Below, piece by piece: positions 41,184 through 56,379 of a stretch of 64,000 bases of DNA (the first letter of the stretch is position 1; every line of letters begins with the position of its first letter). The notes under the pieces were generated by a model. It did no database searches. It was not told where the DNA came from and worked only from the letters and a program-made list of their open reading frames with translations. Location of the stretch: NCBI RefSeq assembly GCF_009914755.1, contig NC_060948.1; one strand, 5' to 3'. The DNA is from the human T2T-CHM13v2.0 reference genome, Homo sapiens. The translations under genes and the position numbers were made by a program.

Positions 41184-44100
41184 GGGATGGGCCCAAAAGT
41201 AATGGACTCAAATAAAAGGGACTCAAATAGAATGAATTGGAAAGAAACGGTCTCGAATGTAATTCATTCGAATGGAATGATATTGAATGGAATGCAATAG
41301 TATGGAATGGTATCGAATAGAATGGAATAGAATGGAATGGAATGGAACGGAATGGAGTGCATTTGAACGGACTCAAATGCAATAAATTGCAATATAATTG
41401 ATTCAAATGGAATAGAATCGAATAGAATGTAAACAAACGGAATGGAAGGCAATGTAATGGCAAGGAATGGAATGAAATTGAATAAATGGAATGGAATCGA
41501 ATGGAAAGGACGGGAATATAATGGACTGTTAAGGAAAGGTCTCGAATCGAATTTATTCCAATAGAATGGAATCGAATGGAATGCAATACTATTGAATCGA
41601 ATCGAATGGAATGGAATTGAATGGAATGGACAGGAATGGAATGAACTGGAAGTGAATGGACAAGAACGTAATATATTGCAAAGTAATTTATTCAAATGGA
41701 ATGGAATGCAATCGAATGGAATGGACTCGATTGGAATGGACTGGAGTGGAATGGACTCAAATGGAATGGAAACGAATGTAATGGAATGGAACTGAAAGCC
41801 AAGGAATCTACTGGAATAGAATCGAACGGAACAGAAAGGAATGAAATGGAATGGAGTGGAATGGACTCGAATGGAATGTATTCGAATGTAATGGACCTGA
41901 AGGAATGGAATCCAATGGAATGGAATTGAATGGAATCAAAAGGAATAGAATGCAATAGAGTGTAATTGAATGATATCGAATGGAAGGGAATGGAATGAAA
42001 TCGAATGTAATGCACTGGAATGGAATGGACTCGATCAGAACGGACTGTAGCGGCATGTACACAAATGAAATGGAAACGAATGGAATGGAATGAAATGGAA
42101 TGGAAATGGAATTGAAAGGAACGGAATGGAATGGAATGGAATGAAATGGATTGGAATAGAATGGATTCAAATAAAATAGAATCGATTGGAATGGTATTGA
42201 ATGGAAGGGACTTGAATGGAATGGAAAGCAATGGAAGATATTGGAATTGAATGGCATCGAATGAAATGGAATGGAACGGAATGGAACGGACCCGAATGGA
42301 ATGGAATGGACTCAAATGTAAAGGACTCGAAAGGAATCGACTGAAATATAATAGACTCGAAAAGAATGGCCTCGAGCGGAATTTATTTGAATAGAATGGA
42401 ATCAAATAGAATACAATAGTATGGAATTGAATAGAATGGAATGGAATCGAATGGAATGTAATCAAATTGAATGGAACGGAATTCAATATAATGGAATAGA
42501 ATGGAATGCATTGGAAAGGAGCAGAGTGGAATCGAGTGGAATGGAATCGAAAGGAATGGAATCAAAGGGAACGAAATCGAATTGAATGGACTTGAATGGA
42601 ATTGAGTCGAAAGGAATTGACTCGAAAGTAATGGACTGGAACAAAAAAGAATCAAATGGACAGGAATAGAATGGAATGGACTCGAATGGAATGGAGTCAA
42701 ATGCAAACGTATCGAATGGAATGGATTCAAATGGAATGCAATTGAATGGAATAGAAAGGAAGAGAATGGAATTGAGAGTAATGGAAAGATATGTATTGGA
42801 ATGAAATGGAATGGAAAGGAATTGAATGGAAAGGAATGGACTCGGAAGAAATGGATTGGAATTTAATGGTCTCCAATGGAATGGACTGGAGTTGGACGGA
42901 ATCGAATGGAATGAAAAGAATGGAACGGAATGGAACGGAAAGGAATAGAATGTTATGGAATCCGATTGGACAGAATGGAATGGAATGGAGTTTCATGAAA
43001 TGGAGTCGAATAGAGTGGCATCATAAGGAACGTAATGGAACTGAGTGGACTCCAAAGAATGGACTCGAAAGGAATGGAGACGAACCAAATTGAATCCAAT
43101 GGATTGGAGTCGAACAGAATGGAATGGAATGGAATGAACTCGACTGGAGTAGAGAGGAATGTAAAGGAATAGAATGGAATGTAATCAAATGGATTGCAAC
43201 TGAATGGAATCAAAAATAATAGAAAGGAATGGAGTGTAAAGGGATGATATTGAATATAATGGAATGGAATGGAATTCAATGGAATGGAGTCGAAGGAATG
43301 GACAGGAATGTAATGGATTCCAATGGAATGGAATGGATGAAAATGGATTTGAACAGATTGGAATCGAACGGAATGGAATGCAATGGAATTGAATGGACTC
43401 GAATGGAGAAGAGACAAATGGAATGGAAACGAATTCAATGGAATTGAAAAGAATAGAATGGAATGGCGTGTAATGGTAAGATAGTAAATGGAATGGAATG
43501 GAATGGAATGGAATGGAATGGAATGGACCCAAATGTAATGCCCTCGAATGGAATATACTCAAATAGAATGGAATCGAAAGGAAAGGTCTCAAATGGAATT
43601 TATTCAATACAATGGAATCGAATGGAATGCAATAGAATGGAATGGAATCGAATGTAATGGAATCAAATAGAATGGACCAGAATGGAATGGACTGCCATAG
43701 AACGGACGGCAGTGTAATGGATTGAATTCTAATTCATTCAAATGGAATGGTATTGAATGGAATGGAATCCAATGGAATGGATAGGATTGTACTGGATTGG
43801 AATAGAATGGAATGCAACGGAGTGGAATGGAGTTGAATGAAGTGGAATGGAATCGATTGGAATGGAATCAAATGGAATGGACGGGAATGGAATGGACTGG
43901 AAGAGAACAGAATCGAATATAATGGATTGCAATGTAATTGATTCAAATGGAATGCAATCGAATGGAATGTAATAAAATTGAAGGGATTGGAGTTCAATGC
44001 AATGGAAAAGAATGGAATGCAAAGGAATGGAAAGGAACGGAGTGAAATCGAGTGTAATGGAATCGAATGGAATGAAATCGAATGGAATAGACTCAAAAGA

Positions 44101-47100
44101 AATGGACGAGGGACAAAACGGAATCGAACTGATTGGAATGGAACGGAACGGAATGGAATGGAATGGTCTCCATTGGATGGGAGTAGAACGGATTGGAATG
44201 GAATGGAATGAAATGGAATGGAAAGGAATAGAAGGTAATGGAAGGTAATGGAAAGATATCGAACGGATTGGAAAGGAATGCAATGGACCCTAATGGAATG
44301 GAATGGAATGGAACAGAAACCAATGGAATGGACTGGAGTGAAATGGAGTCGAATGTAATTGACTGGAGTGGAATGGACTCGAAAGGAATGGACTCGAATA
44401 GAATGGACTGGAATGGATTGTACTCGAATGGAGTGGAAAGGAATAAAATGGATTCCAACAGATTGGAATGGAACAGACTGAAATGGAGTGGAATGGAATG
44501 CAATGGAACGGCTCGACTGGAATGGAGTCGAATGCAATGGAATAGAAAGGAAAGGAATTGAATGGAATTGAAAGTAATAGAATTAAATGGAGTGCAAAGG
44601 AAAGATATCGAATGGAATGGATCGAAAAGAAATAGAATGGAATATACAGGAATGGAATGGAATAGAATTGAATAGACTGGCGTGCAATGAAAACGAATGG
44701 AATGGAATAGCAAGGAATGGAGCAGAATAAATACTACGGAATGGAATGGAATGGAATTGAATGGAATGGAATGGAATGGAGGCGAAAGGAAAAGAATGGA
44801 TTGGAATGTCACCGAATGGAAAGACATGGAATGGAAAGGAGTGGATAGGAATGGAATGGAATAGAATGGAACGGAAAGGTAAAGAATGGAATGGAATCGG
44901 ATAGAATGGAATGCAATGAAATGGAGTCGAATGGGAAATAATCGAGTAGAATGATATCGAATGGAATGGAATTTAATGGAATGGAATGGAATGGAATGGA
45001 CTCGAATGGAATGTACTCAAATGGATTAGAATAGAATGGAATGGAACTAAACGTAATGAACTCGAATGGAATGGACACAAATAGAATGGAAGAGAAAGGA
45101 ATGGTATTGAATGGAATTTATTCGAATAGAATGGAATACAATGGAATGCAACAGTGTGGCATGGAATCAAATGGAATGGAATCGAATGGAATGGACCCGA
45201 GTGGAATGGACTCACATAGAACAGCCTGGAATGTAATGGATGACAAAGTATTAGATTCGAAAGGACTGAAATCGAATGGAATGTAATCAAATAGAACGGA
45301 ATTGAATGCATGGAATGGCATAGAAAGTAATGCAATGGAATGGAATAGACTGGAATGGAATGGAATCGGATGGAATGTAATGAAATGTAATGGAAGGAAT
45401 GCCATGGAATGGAATGGAATGGAATGCAATGGGCCAGTGTATAATGGAGTGCAATGGAATTCAGTGGAATGTAGTCAATAGGAATGAAATAGAATGGAAT
45501 TCAATATAAGGGAATGGCATCCAATGGCAAGGAATGGAGTGGACTCCAATGGAAACAACATGAAAGGAATATAATATAATGGAATGGCATGGAACGAAAT
45601 GGAATGCAATGGAGTTAAAAGGTAAGATATCGAATGGAAAAGAATTGAATGGACTCGAATGGAATATAACGGAATGGAATGGACTCGAATGGAATGTACT
45701 AGAGTTGAATGGAATGGAATGGAATGGAAAACAATGGAAAGGAAAGGAAGGGAATTGAAAGGAAAGGAATAGAATGGAATGGAATCGGATAGAACGGAAT
45801 TGAATGGAATGGAAACTAAAGGAATAGAATAGAAAGGAATGGCATTGAATGGAATGCAATGGAATGGAATCAGATGGAACAGAAAGGAATGGAATAGAAT
45901 CGAATGGTATAGCATCGAATGGATTGGAATGGAATGTAATGGAATGGAAAGGAATGGAATGGACTCGAATGGAATGTACTCAAATGGAATAGAATAGAAT
46001 GGAATGGAAGTAAATATAATGGACTCGAATGGAATGGATTGGAATAAATTGGAATTGAATGTATTGGATTCGAATGGAAAGGAATGGAATGGATTGGAAT
46101 GGATTCGAATGGAATGGAATCGAATGGAATGGAACGAATTGGAATGTAATTGAATGGCGTCGAAAACAGTAGAAAGAAATGAAGTTTAATCGAATGATAT
46201 CGAATGGAATTGAATGGAATGTACGCGAATGGAATGGACTGGAATGGAATGGACTCTATGGGAATGAAGAGGAGTGGAATGGACTCGAATGTCATGGAGA
46301 CGATTGGAATGGAAGGGAATGCAAAGGAATGGAATGGAATGGAATCTGTTGCATCGGAATGGAATAGAATGGGGTCGATTGGAATAGAATCGAAAGGAAT
46401 GGCATCCAATGGAATGGAAACGAATTGAATGGAATGGCATGGAATGGAATGGAAAGGAATATAATGGAAAGGAATCGGATGGAACGGAATGGAATGTAAT
46501 GGAGTCGAATGGAATAGAATCTAATAAAATTGCATTGATAGGAATGGAATCGAACGGACTCGAAAGGATTGGAGCCTAACAGAAGAGAATCGAACAGAAT
46601 AGCATCAAATGGAAAGGAAATGAATGAAATGGAATGGAATGGAATGGAATGGACACAAATGTAATGGACTTGAATGGAATGGAATCAAATAGAATGGACA
46701 CGAATGGAATGGTCTCGAATGGAATTTATGAAAATAGAATGGAATCGAAAGTCATTGAACATTATGGAATGGAATCAAATGGAATGAAATCGAATGGAAG
46801 GAACCGGAATGGAATGTACTGGAATAGAACGGACTCGAATGTTACGGAAAGAAAAGTAAGTGATTCGGATGTCTTTTAATTGAATGGAATGAAATCAAAT
46901 GGAATGGAAAGGAATAAAATGGAATGGAATGAAATAGAATGCAATAGAATGGAAGGGAGTGGAGTCGAGTTGAATGGAATCGAATTGAATGGAATAGAAT
47001 GGAATAGAATCAAATGGAATGGATTCGAATGCAATGGAACCGAATGGAATGGACTGGAACATAATGGAATTGAACGTATTGGAATGGAAAGGAATGGAAA

Positions 47101-48738
47101 GGAATTGAATGCAACGGAAAGCAATGGAATCGAATTTAATGGAGTCGTATGTAGTGGAGTCGAATGGAATGGAATCATATGGAAGGAAAAGAATACAATC
47201 GAATGGAATAGAATAGAATGCAACAGAATGAAACGGAGTGGAATCGAGTGGAATGGAATAGAATTGAATGGAATGGAAAGGAATGGAATCGAATGGAATG
47301 GAATCGAATGGAATGGAACCGAATGGAATGGAATGGAACAAAATGGTATTGAACAGATTAGAATCGAATGGATCCGAATCGAATGTAATGGAATATAATG
47401 GAATAGAATGGAATGGAATGGAATGGAACGGAATGGAATGGAATGGACCCAAATGTAATGAACTCTAATGATATGGACTTTAATGGAATGGATTAGAAAA
47501 CAATGGGCTCGAATGGAATTTAATCAAGTCGAATTTAATTGAATGGAATGGAATGCAAAACTATGGAATAGCATCAAATGGAATGGAACAGAATAGAGTG
47601 GAATGGAATGGAATACACAGGTATAGAACAGACTCGAATGTAATGGATTGCAATGTAAGTGATTCAAAGGGAATGGAATCAAATGGAATATAATCAAATG
47701 GAATGGAATGGAGTGCATTGGAATGGAATAAAATGGAATGCAAACAATGGTACAGAACTCATTTGAATGTAGAGGAATGGAATCAAATGCAATGGAAAAG
47801 AATGGAATGGACACGAATGGAATGGATTGGAAACAAATGGAATGGAAAGGATTTTAATCATACAGAACAAAATAGAATGCAATGGACTCGAATGAAATGG
47901 AGTCGAAGAGAATAGTATCAAATGGAAAGGAATGGAATGCAATCGAATCGAATGGAATGTTAATGAAATTAATTGAAAGGAATAGAATGGAATGAAGTGT
48001 AATGGAAAGATATCGAATTGAATGGAATTGAATGGAATGGACACAAACGGAATGGACTGGAATGGAATGAACTCGAAAGGAATGGAATGGAGTGGAACGG
48101 ACTCGAGTGCAATGGAATCGAATGGTATAGAATAGAATGGAATGGAATGGAAAGGAATAGAAGGGAATGGAATCGGATCCAACGGGACAGATTGGAATGG
48201 GGTAGAATTGAATAGAATCGAATGGAATGGCATCGAATGTAATGGAATGGAATGGACTCGAATGGAATGGAGTGACATGTAATGGAATCGAAAGGAATGG
48301 AATCGAATGAAATGGAATTGAATGGAATAGAAAGGAATAGAATGGAATGGAGTTTAATGGAAAGATATTAAAAGTAATGGAATGGAATTGAGTGGACACG
48401 AATGGAATGGACTGGAATGGAAAGGACTCGAATGAAATGGAGCGCTTTAGAATGGACTCGAATGGAATGGATTGGAGTGGAATGCTCTCGAATGGATTGG
48501 AAACGAATGGAATGCAAAGGAATAGAATGGAATGTAATCAAATGGAACGAAATGGAATGGAATGGATTCGACTGGAACAGAATTGAATGGAGTGGAATTG
48601 ATTGGAATGGAATGCAATCGATTGGAATGAACACGAATGGAATAGAATGAAATGAAATGGCATAGATTGGAATGGAATGGAATGGAATGGAATGGCATGG
48701 CATGGAATGTAATGGAATGGAATGAAATTGATTGGAAT
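41184..48738 (+). repeat. HOR unit 8 (long type, 7555 bp)
   Basis: Landmark (GGGCCC variant) to landmark. Confidence 0.9.
46254..48271 (+). repeat. Long-unit-specific HSat3 module, copy 2 (2018 bp)
   Basis: Same start, end and internal markers as 38589-40686. Confidence 0.9.
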
Positions 48739-51700
48739 GGGATGGGCCCAAAAGTAATGGTCTCAAATAAAAGGGACTCAAATAGAATGAATTGGAAAGA
48801 AACGGTCTCGAATGTAATTCATTCGAATGGAATGATATTGAATGGAATGCAATAGTATGGAATGGTATCGAATAGAATGGAATAGAATGGAATGGAATGG
48901 AACGGAATGGAGTGCATTTGAACGGACTCAAATGCAATAAATTGCAATATAATTGATTCAAATGGAATGGAATCGAATACAATGTAAACAAACGGAATGG
49001 AAGGCAATGCAATGGCAAGGAATCGAATGAAATGGAATAAATGGAATGGAATCGAATGGAAAGGACGCGAATATAATGGACTGTTAAGGAAAGGTCTCGA
49101 ATCGAATTTATTCCAATAGAATGGAATCGAATGGAATACAATACTATTGAATCGAATCGAATGGAATGGAATTGAATGGAATGGACAGGAATGGAATGAA
49201 CTGGAAGTGAATGGACAAGAACGTAATATATTGCAATGTAATGTATTCAAATGGAATGGAATGCAATGGAATGGAATGGACTCGATTGGAATGGACTGGA
49301 GTGGAATGGACTCAAATGGAATGGAAACGAAAGTAATGGAATGGAACTGAAAGCAAATGAATCTATTGGAATAGAATCGAACGGAACAGAAAGGAATGAA
49401 ATGGAATGGAGTGGAATGGAGTCGAATGGAATGTATTCGAATGTAATGGACCTGAAAGGAATGGAATCCTATGGAATGGGATTGAATGGAATCAAAAGGA
49501 ATAGAATGGAATAGAGTGTAATTGAATGATATCGAATGGAAGGGAATGGAATGAAATCGAATGGAATGCACTGGAATGGAATGGACTCGATCAGAACGGA
49601 CTGGAGAGGCATGTAGACAAATGAAATGGAAACGAATGGAATGGAATGAAATGGAATGGAAATGGAATTGAAAGGAACGGAATGGAATGGAATGGAATGG
49701 AATGGATTGGAATAGAATGGTTTCAAATAAAATAGAATCGATTGGAATGGTATTGAATGGAAGGGACTTGAATGGAATGGAAAGCAATGGAAGATATTGG
49801 AATCGAATGGCATCGAATGAAATGGAATGGAACGGAATGGAACGGACCCGAATGGAATGGAATGGACTCAAATATAATGGACTCGAAAGGAATCGACTGA
49901 AATATAATAGACTCGAAAAGAATGGCCTCGAGCGGAATTTATTTGAATAGAATGGAATCAAATGGAATACAATAGTATTGAATGGAATAGAATGGAATGG
50001 AATCGAATGGAATGTAATCAAATGGAATGGAACGGAATTCAATATAATGGAATAGAATGGAATGCATTGGAAAGGAGCAGAGTGGAATCGAGTGGAATGG
50101 AATCGAAAGGAATGGAATCAAAGGGAAAGAAATGGAATTGAATGGACTTGAATGGAATTGAGTCGAAAGGAATTGACTCGAAAGGAATGGACTGGAACAA
50201 AAAGGAATCAAATGGACAGGAATGGAATGGAATGGAATGGAATGGACTGGAATAGAATGGAGTCAAATGCAAACGCATCGAATGGAATGGATTGAAATGG
50301 AATGCAATTGAATGGAATAGAGAGGAAGAGAATGGAATTGAGAGTAATGGAAAGATATGGATTGGAATGAAATGGAATGGAAAGGAATTGAATGTTAAGG
50401 AATGGACTCGGAAGAAATGGATTGGAATTTAATGGTCTCCAATGGAATGGACTGGAGTGGAATGGAATCGAATGGAATGAAAAGAATGGAACGGAATGGA
50501 ACGGAAAGGAATAGAATGTTATGGAATCCGATTAGACAGAATGGAATGGAATGGAGTTTCATGAAATGGAGTCGAATAGAGTGGCATCAAAAGGAATGTA
50601 ATGGAACGGAGTGGACTCCAAAGGAATGGACTCGAAAGGAATGGAGACGAACCAAATTGAATCCAATGGATTGGAGTCGAACAGAATGGATTGGAATGGA
50701 ATGAACTCGACTGGAGTGGAGAGGAATGTAAAGGAATAGAATGGAATGTAATCAAATGGATTGCAACTGAATGGAATCAGAAATAATAGAAAGGAATGGA
50801 GTGTAAAGGGATGATTTTGAATATAATGGAATGGAATGGAATTCAATGGAATGGAGTCGAAGGAATGGACAGGAATGTAATGGACTCCAATGGAATGGAA
50901 TGGATGAAAATGGATTTGAACAGATTGGAATCGAACGGAATGGAATGCAATGGAATGGAATGGACTCGAATGGAGAAGAGACAAATGGAATGGAAACGAA
51001 TTCAATGGAATTGAAAAGAATAGAATGGAATGGCGTGTAATGGTAAGATAGTAAATGGAATGGAATGGAATGGAATGGAATGGAATGGAATGGACCCAAA
51101 TGTAATGCCCTCGAATGGAATATACTCAAATAGAATGGAATCGAAAGGAAAGGTCTCAAATGGAATTTATTCAATACAATGGAATCGAAAGGAATGCAAT
51201 AGAATGGAATGGAATCGAATGGAATGGAATCAAATAGAATGGACCAGAATGGAATGGACTGCCATAGAACGGACTGCAGTGTAAAGGATTGAATTCTAAT
51301 TCATTCAAATGGAATGGGATTGAATGGAATGGAATCCAATGGAATGGATAGGATTGTACTGGATTGGAATAGAATGGAATGCAACGGAGTGGAATGGAGT
51401 TGAATGAAGTGGAATGGAATCGATTGGAATGGAATCAAATGGAATGGACGGGAATGGAATGGACTGGAAGAGAACAGACTCGAATATAATGGATTGCAAT
51501 GTAATTGATTCAAATGGAATGCAATCGAATGGAATGTAATAAAATTGAAGGGATTGGAGTTCAATGCAATGGAAAAGAATGGAATGCAAAGGAATGGAAA
51601 GGAACGGAGTGAAATCGAGTGTAATGGAATCGAATGGAATGAAATCGAATGGAATGGACTCAAAAGAAATGGACGAGGGACAAAACGGAATCGAATTGAT

Positions 51701-54700
51701 TGGAATGGAACGGAACGGAATAGAATGGAATGGTCTTCACTGGATGGGAGTAGAACGGACTGGAATGGAATGGAATGAAATGGAATGGAAAGGAATAGAA
51801 TGGAATGGAATGGAATGGAATGGAAGGTAATGGAAAGATAACGAACGGATTGGAAACGAATGCAATGGACACTAATGGAATGGAATGGAATGGACTGGAG
51901 TGAAATGGAGTCGAATGTAATTGACTGGAGTGGAATGGACTCGAAAGGAATGGACTCGAATAGAATGGACTGGAATGGATTGTGTTCGAATGGAGTGGAA
52001 AGGAATAAAATGGATTCCACCAGATTGGAATGGAACAGAATGGAATGGAATGGAATGGAATGCAATGTAACGGCTTGACTGGAATGGAGTCGAATGCAAT
52101 GGAATAGAAAGGAAAGGAATTGAATGGAATTGAAAGTAATAGATTTAAATGGAGTGCAAAGGAAAGATGTCGAATGGAATGGATCGAAAAGAAATAGAAT
52201 GGAATGGACAGGAATGGAATGGAATAGAATGGAATAGACTGGCGTGCAATGAAAACGAATGGAATGGAATGGAAAGGAATGGAGTAGAATAAATACTATG
52301 GAATGGAATGGAATGGAATGGAATGGAATGGAATGGAATGGAATGGAGGCGAAAGGAAAAGAATGGATTGGAATGTCACCGAATGGAAAGATAAGGAATG
52401 GAAAGGAGTGGATACGAATGGAATGGAATAGAAAGGAACGGAAAGGTAAAGAATGGAATGGAATCGGATAGAATGGAATGCAATGTAATGGAGTCGAATG
52501 GAAAATAATCGAGTAGAATGATATTGAATGGAATGGAATTTAATGGAATGGAATGGAATGGAATGGACTCGAATGGAATGTACTCAAATGGATTAGAATA
52601 GAATGGAATGGAACTAAACGTAATGAACTCGAATGGAATGGACACAAATAGAATGGAAGAGAAAGGAATGGTATTGAATGGAATTTATTCGAATAGAATG
52701 TAATTCAATGGAATGCAACAGTGTGGCATGGAATCAAATGGAATGGAATCGAATGGAATGGACCCGAGTGGAATGGACTCACATAGAACAGCCTGGATGT
52801 AATGGATGACAATGTATTAGATTCGAAAGGACTGAAATCGAATGGAATGTAATCAAATAGAACGGAATTGAATGCATGGAATGGCATAGAAAGTAATGCA
52901 ATGGAATGGAATAGACTGGAATGGAATGGAATCGGATGGAATGTAATGAAATGTAATGGAAGGAATGCCATGGAATGGAATGGAATGGAATGGAATGGCC
53001 CGGTGTATAATGGAGTGCAATGGAATTCAGTGGAATGTAGTCAACAGGAATGAAATAGAATGGAATTCAATATAAGGGAATGGCATCCAATGGCAGGAAA
53101 TGGCATCCAATGGCAAGGAATGGAGTGGACTCCAATGGAAACAACATGAAAGGAATATAATATAATGGAATGACATTGAACGATATGGAATGCAATGGAG
53201 TTAAAAGGTAAGATATCAAATGGAAAAGAATTGAATGGACTCGAATAGAATATAACGGAATGGAATGGACTCGAATGGAATGTACTAGAGTTGAATGGAA
53301 TGGAATGGAATGGAAAACAATGGAAAGGAAAGGAAGGGAATTGAAAGGCAAGGAATAGAATGGAATGGAATCGGATAGAACGGAATTGAATGGAATGGAA
53401 ACTAAAGGAATAGCATAGAAAGGAACGGCATTGAATGGAATGCAATGGAATGGAATCAGATGGAACAGAAAGGAATGGAATAGAATCGAATGGTATGGCA
53501 TCGAATGGATTGGAATGGAATGTAATGGAATGGAAAGGAATGGAATGGACTCGAATGGAATGTACTCAAATGGAATAGAATAGAATGGAATGGAAGTAAA
53601 TATAATGGACTCGAATGGAATGGATTGGAATAAATTGGAATTGAATGTATTGGATTCGAATGGAAAGGAATGGAATGGAATGGAATGGATTCGAATGGAA
53701 TGGAATCGAATGGAATGGAACGAATTGGAATGTAATTGAATGGCGTCGAAAACAGTAGAAAGAAATGAAGTTTAATCGAATGATATCGAATGGAATTGAA
53801 TGGAATGTACGCGAATGGAATGGACTGGAATGGAATGGACTCTATGGGAATGAAGAGGAGTGGAATGGACTCGAATGTCATGGAGACGATTGGAATGGAA
53901 GGGAATGCAAAGGAATGGAATGGAATGGAATCTGATGCATCGCAATGGAATGGAATGGGGTCGAATGGAATAGAATCGAAAGGAATGGCATCCAATGGAA
54001 TGGAAACGAATTGAATGGAATGGCATGGAATGGAATGGAAAGGAATATAATGGAAAGGAATCGGATGGAACGGAATGGAATGTAATGGAGTCGAATGGAA
54101 TAGAATCTAATAGAATTGCATTGATAGGAATGGAATCGAACGGACTCGAAAGGATTGGAGCCTAACAGAAGAGAATCGAACAAAATAGCATCAAATGGAA
54201 TGGAAATGAATGGAATGGAACGGAATGGAATGGAATGGAATGGAATGGAATGGAATGGAATGGACACACATGTAATGGACTTGAATGGAATGGAATCAAA
54301 TAGAATGGACGCGAATGGAATGTTCTCAAATGGAATTTATGAAAATAGAATGGAATCGAAAGTCATTGAACATTATGGAATGGAATCAAATGGAATGAAA
54401 TCGAATGGAAGGAACCGGAATGGAATGTACTGGAATAGAACGGACTCGAATGTTACGGAAAGAAAAGTAAGTGATTCGGATGTCTTTTAATTGAATGGAA
54501 AGAAATCAAATGGAATGGAAAGGAATAAAATGGAATGGAATGAAATAGAATGCAATAGAATGGAAGGGAGTGGAGTCGAGTTGAATGGAATCGAATTGAA
54601 TGGAATAGAATGGAATAGAATCAAATGGAATGGACTCGAATGCAATGGAACCGAATGGAATGGACTGGAACATAATGGAATCGAACGTATTGGAATGGAA

Positions 54701-56379
54701 AGGAATGGAAAGGAATTGAATGCAACGGAAAGCAATGGAATCGAATGTAATGGAGTCGTATGTAGTGGAGTCGAATGTAATGGAATCAAATGGAAGGAAA
54801 AGAATACAATCGAATGGAATAGAATAGAATGCAACAGAATGAAACGGAGTGGAATCGAGTGGAATGGAATAGAATTGAATGGAATGGAAAGGAATGGAAT
54901 CGAATGGAATGGAATCGAATGGAATGGATCCGAATGGAATGGAATGGAACAAAATGGAATTGAACAGATTAGAATCGAATGGATCCGAATCGAATGGAAT
55001 GGAATATAATGGAATGGAATGGAATGGAATGGAATGGAATGGAATGGAATGGAATGGAATGGACCCAAATGTAATGAACTCTAATGAAATGGACTTTAAT
55101 AGAATGGATTAGAAAACAATGGGCTCGAATGGAATTTAATCAAGTCGAATTTAATGGAATGGAATGGAATGCAAAACTATGGAATAGCATCAAATGGAAT
55201 GGAACAGAATAGAGTGGAATGGAATGGAATACACAGGAATAGAACAGACTCGAATGTAATGGATTGCAATGTAAGTGATTCAAAGGGAATGGAATCAAAT
55301 GGAATATAATCAAATGGAATGGAATGGAGTGCATTGGAATGGAATAAAATGGAATGCAAACAATGGTACAGAACTCATTTGAATCTAGAGGAATGGAATC
55401 GAATGCAATGGGAAAGAATGGAATGGACACGAATGGAATGGATTGGAAACAAATGGAATGGAAAGGATTTTAATCATACAGAACAAAATAGAATGCAATG
55501 GACTCGAATGAAATGGAGTCGAAGAGAATAGTATCAAATGGAAAGCAATGGAATGCAATCGAATCGAATGGAATGTTAATGAAATTAATTGAAAGGAATA
55601 GAATGGAATGAAGTGTAATGGAAAGATATCGAATTGAATGGAATTGAATGGAATGGACACAAACGGAATGGACTGGAATGGAATGAACTGGAAAGGAATG
55701 GAATGGAGCGGAACGGACTCGAGTGCAATGGAATCGAATGGTATAGAATAGAATGGAATGGAATGGAAAGGAATAGAAGGGAATGGAATCGGATCCAACG
55801 GGACAGATTGGAATGGGGTAGAATTGAATAGAATCGAATGGAATGGCATCGAATGTAACGGAATGGAATGGACTCGAATGGAATGGAGTGACATGTAATG
55901 GAATCGAAGGGAATGGAATCGAATGAAATGGAATTGAATGGAATAGAAAGGAATAGAATGGAATGGAGTTTAATGGAAAGATATTAAAAGTAATGGAATG
56001 GAATTGAGTGGACACGAATGGAATGGACTGGAATGGAAAGGACTCCAATGAAATGGAGCACATTAGAATGGACTCGAATGGAATGGATTGGAGTGGAATG
56101 GTCTCGAATGGATTGGAAACGAATGGAATGCAAAGGAATAGAATGGAATGTAATCAAATGGAACGAAATGGAATGGAATGGATTCGACTGGAACAGAATT
56201 GAATGGAGTGGAATTGATTGGAATGGAATGCAATCGAATGGAATGAACACGAATGGAATAGAATGAAATGAAATGGCATAGAATGGAATGGAATGGAATG
56301 GAATGGAATGGCATGGAATGGAATGGAATGGAATGGAATGGCATGGAATGTAATGGAATGGAATGAAATTGATTGGAAT
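48739..56379 (+). repeat. HOR unit 9 (long type, 7641 bp)
   Basis: Landmark to landmark. Confidence 0.9.
53840..55887 (+). repeat. Long-unit-specific HSat3 module, copy 3 (2048 bp)
   Basis: Same start, end and internal markers. Confidence 0.9.
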
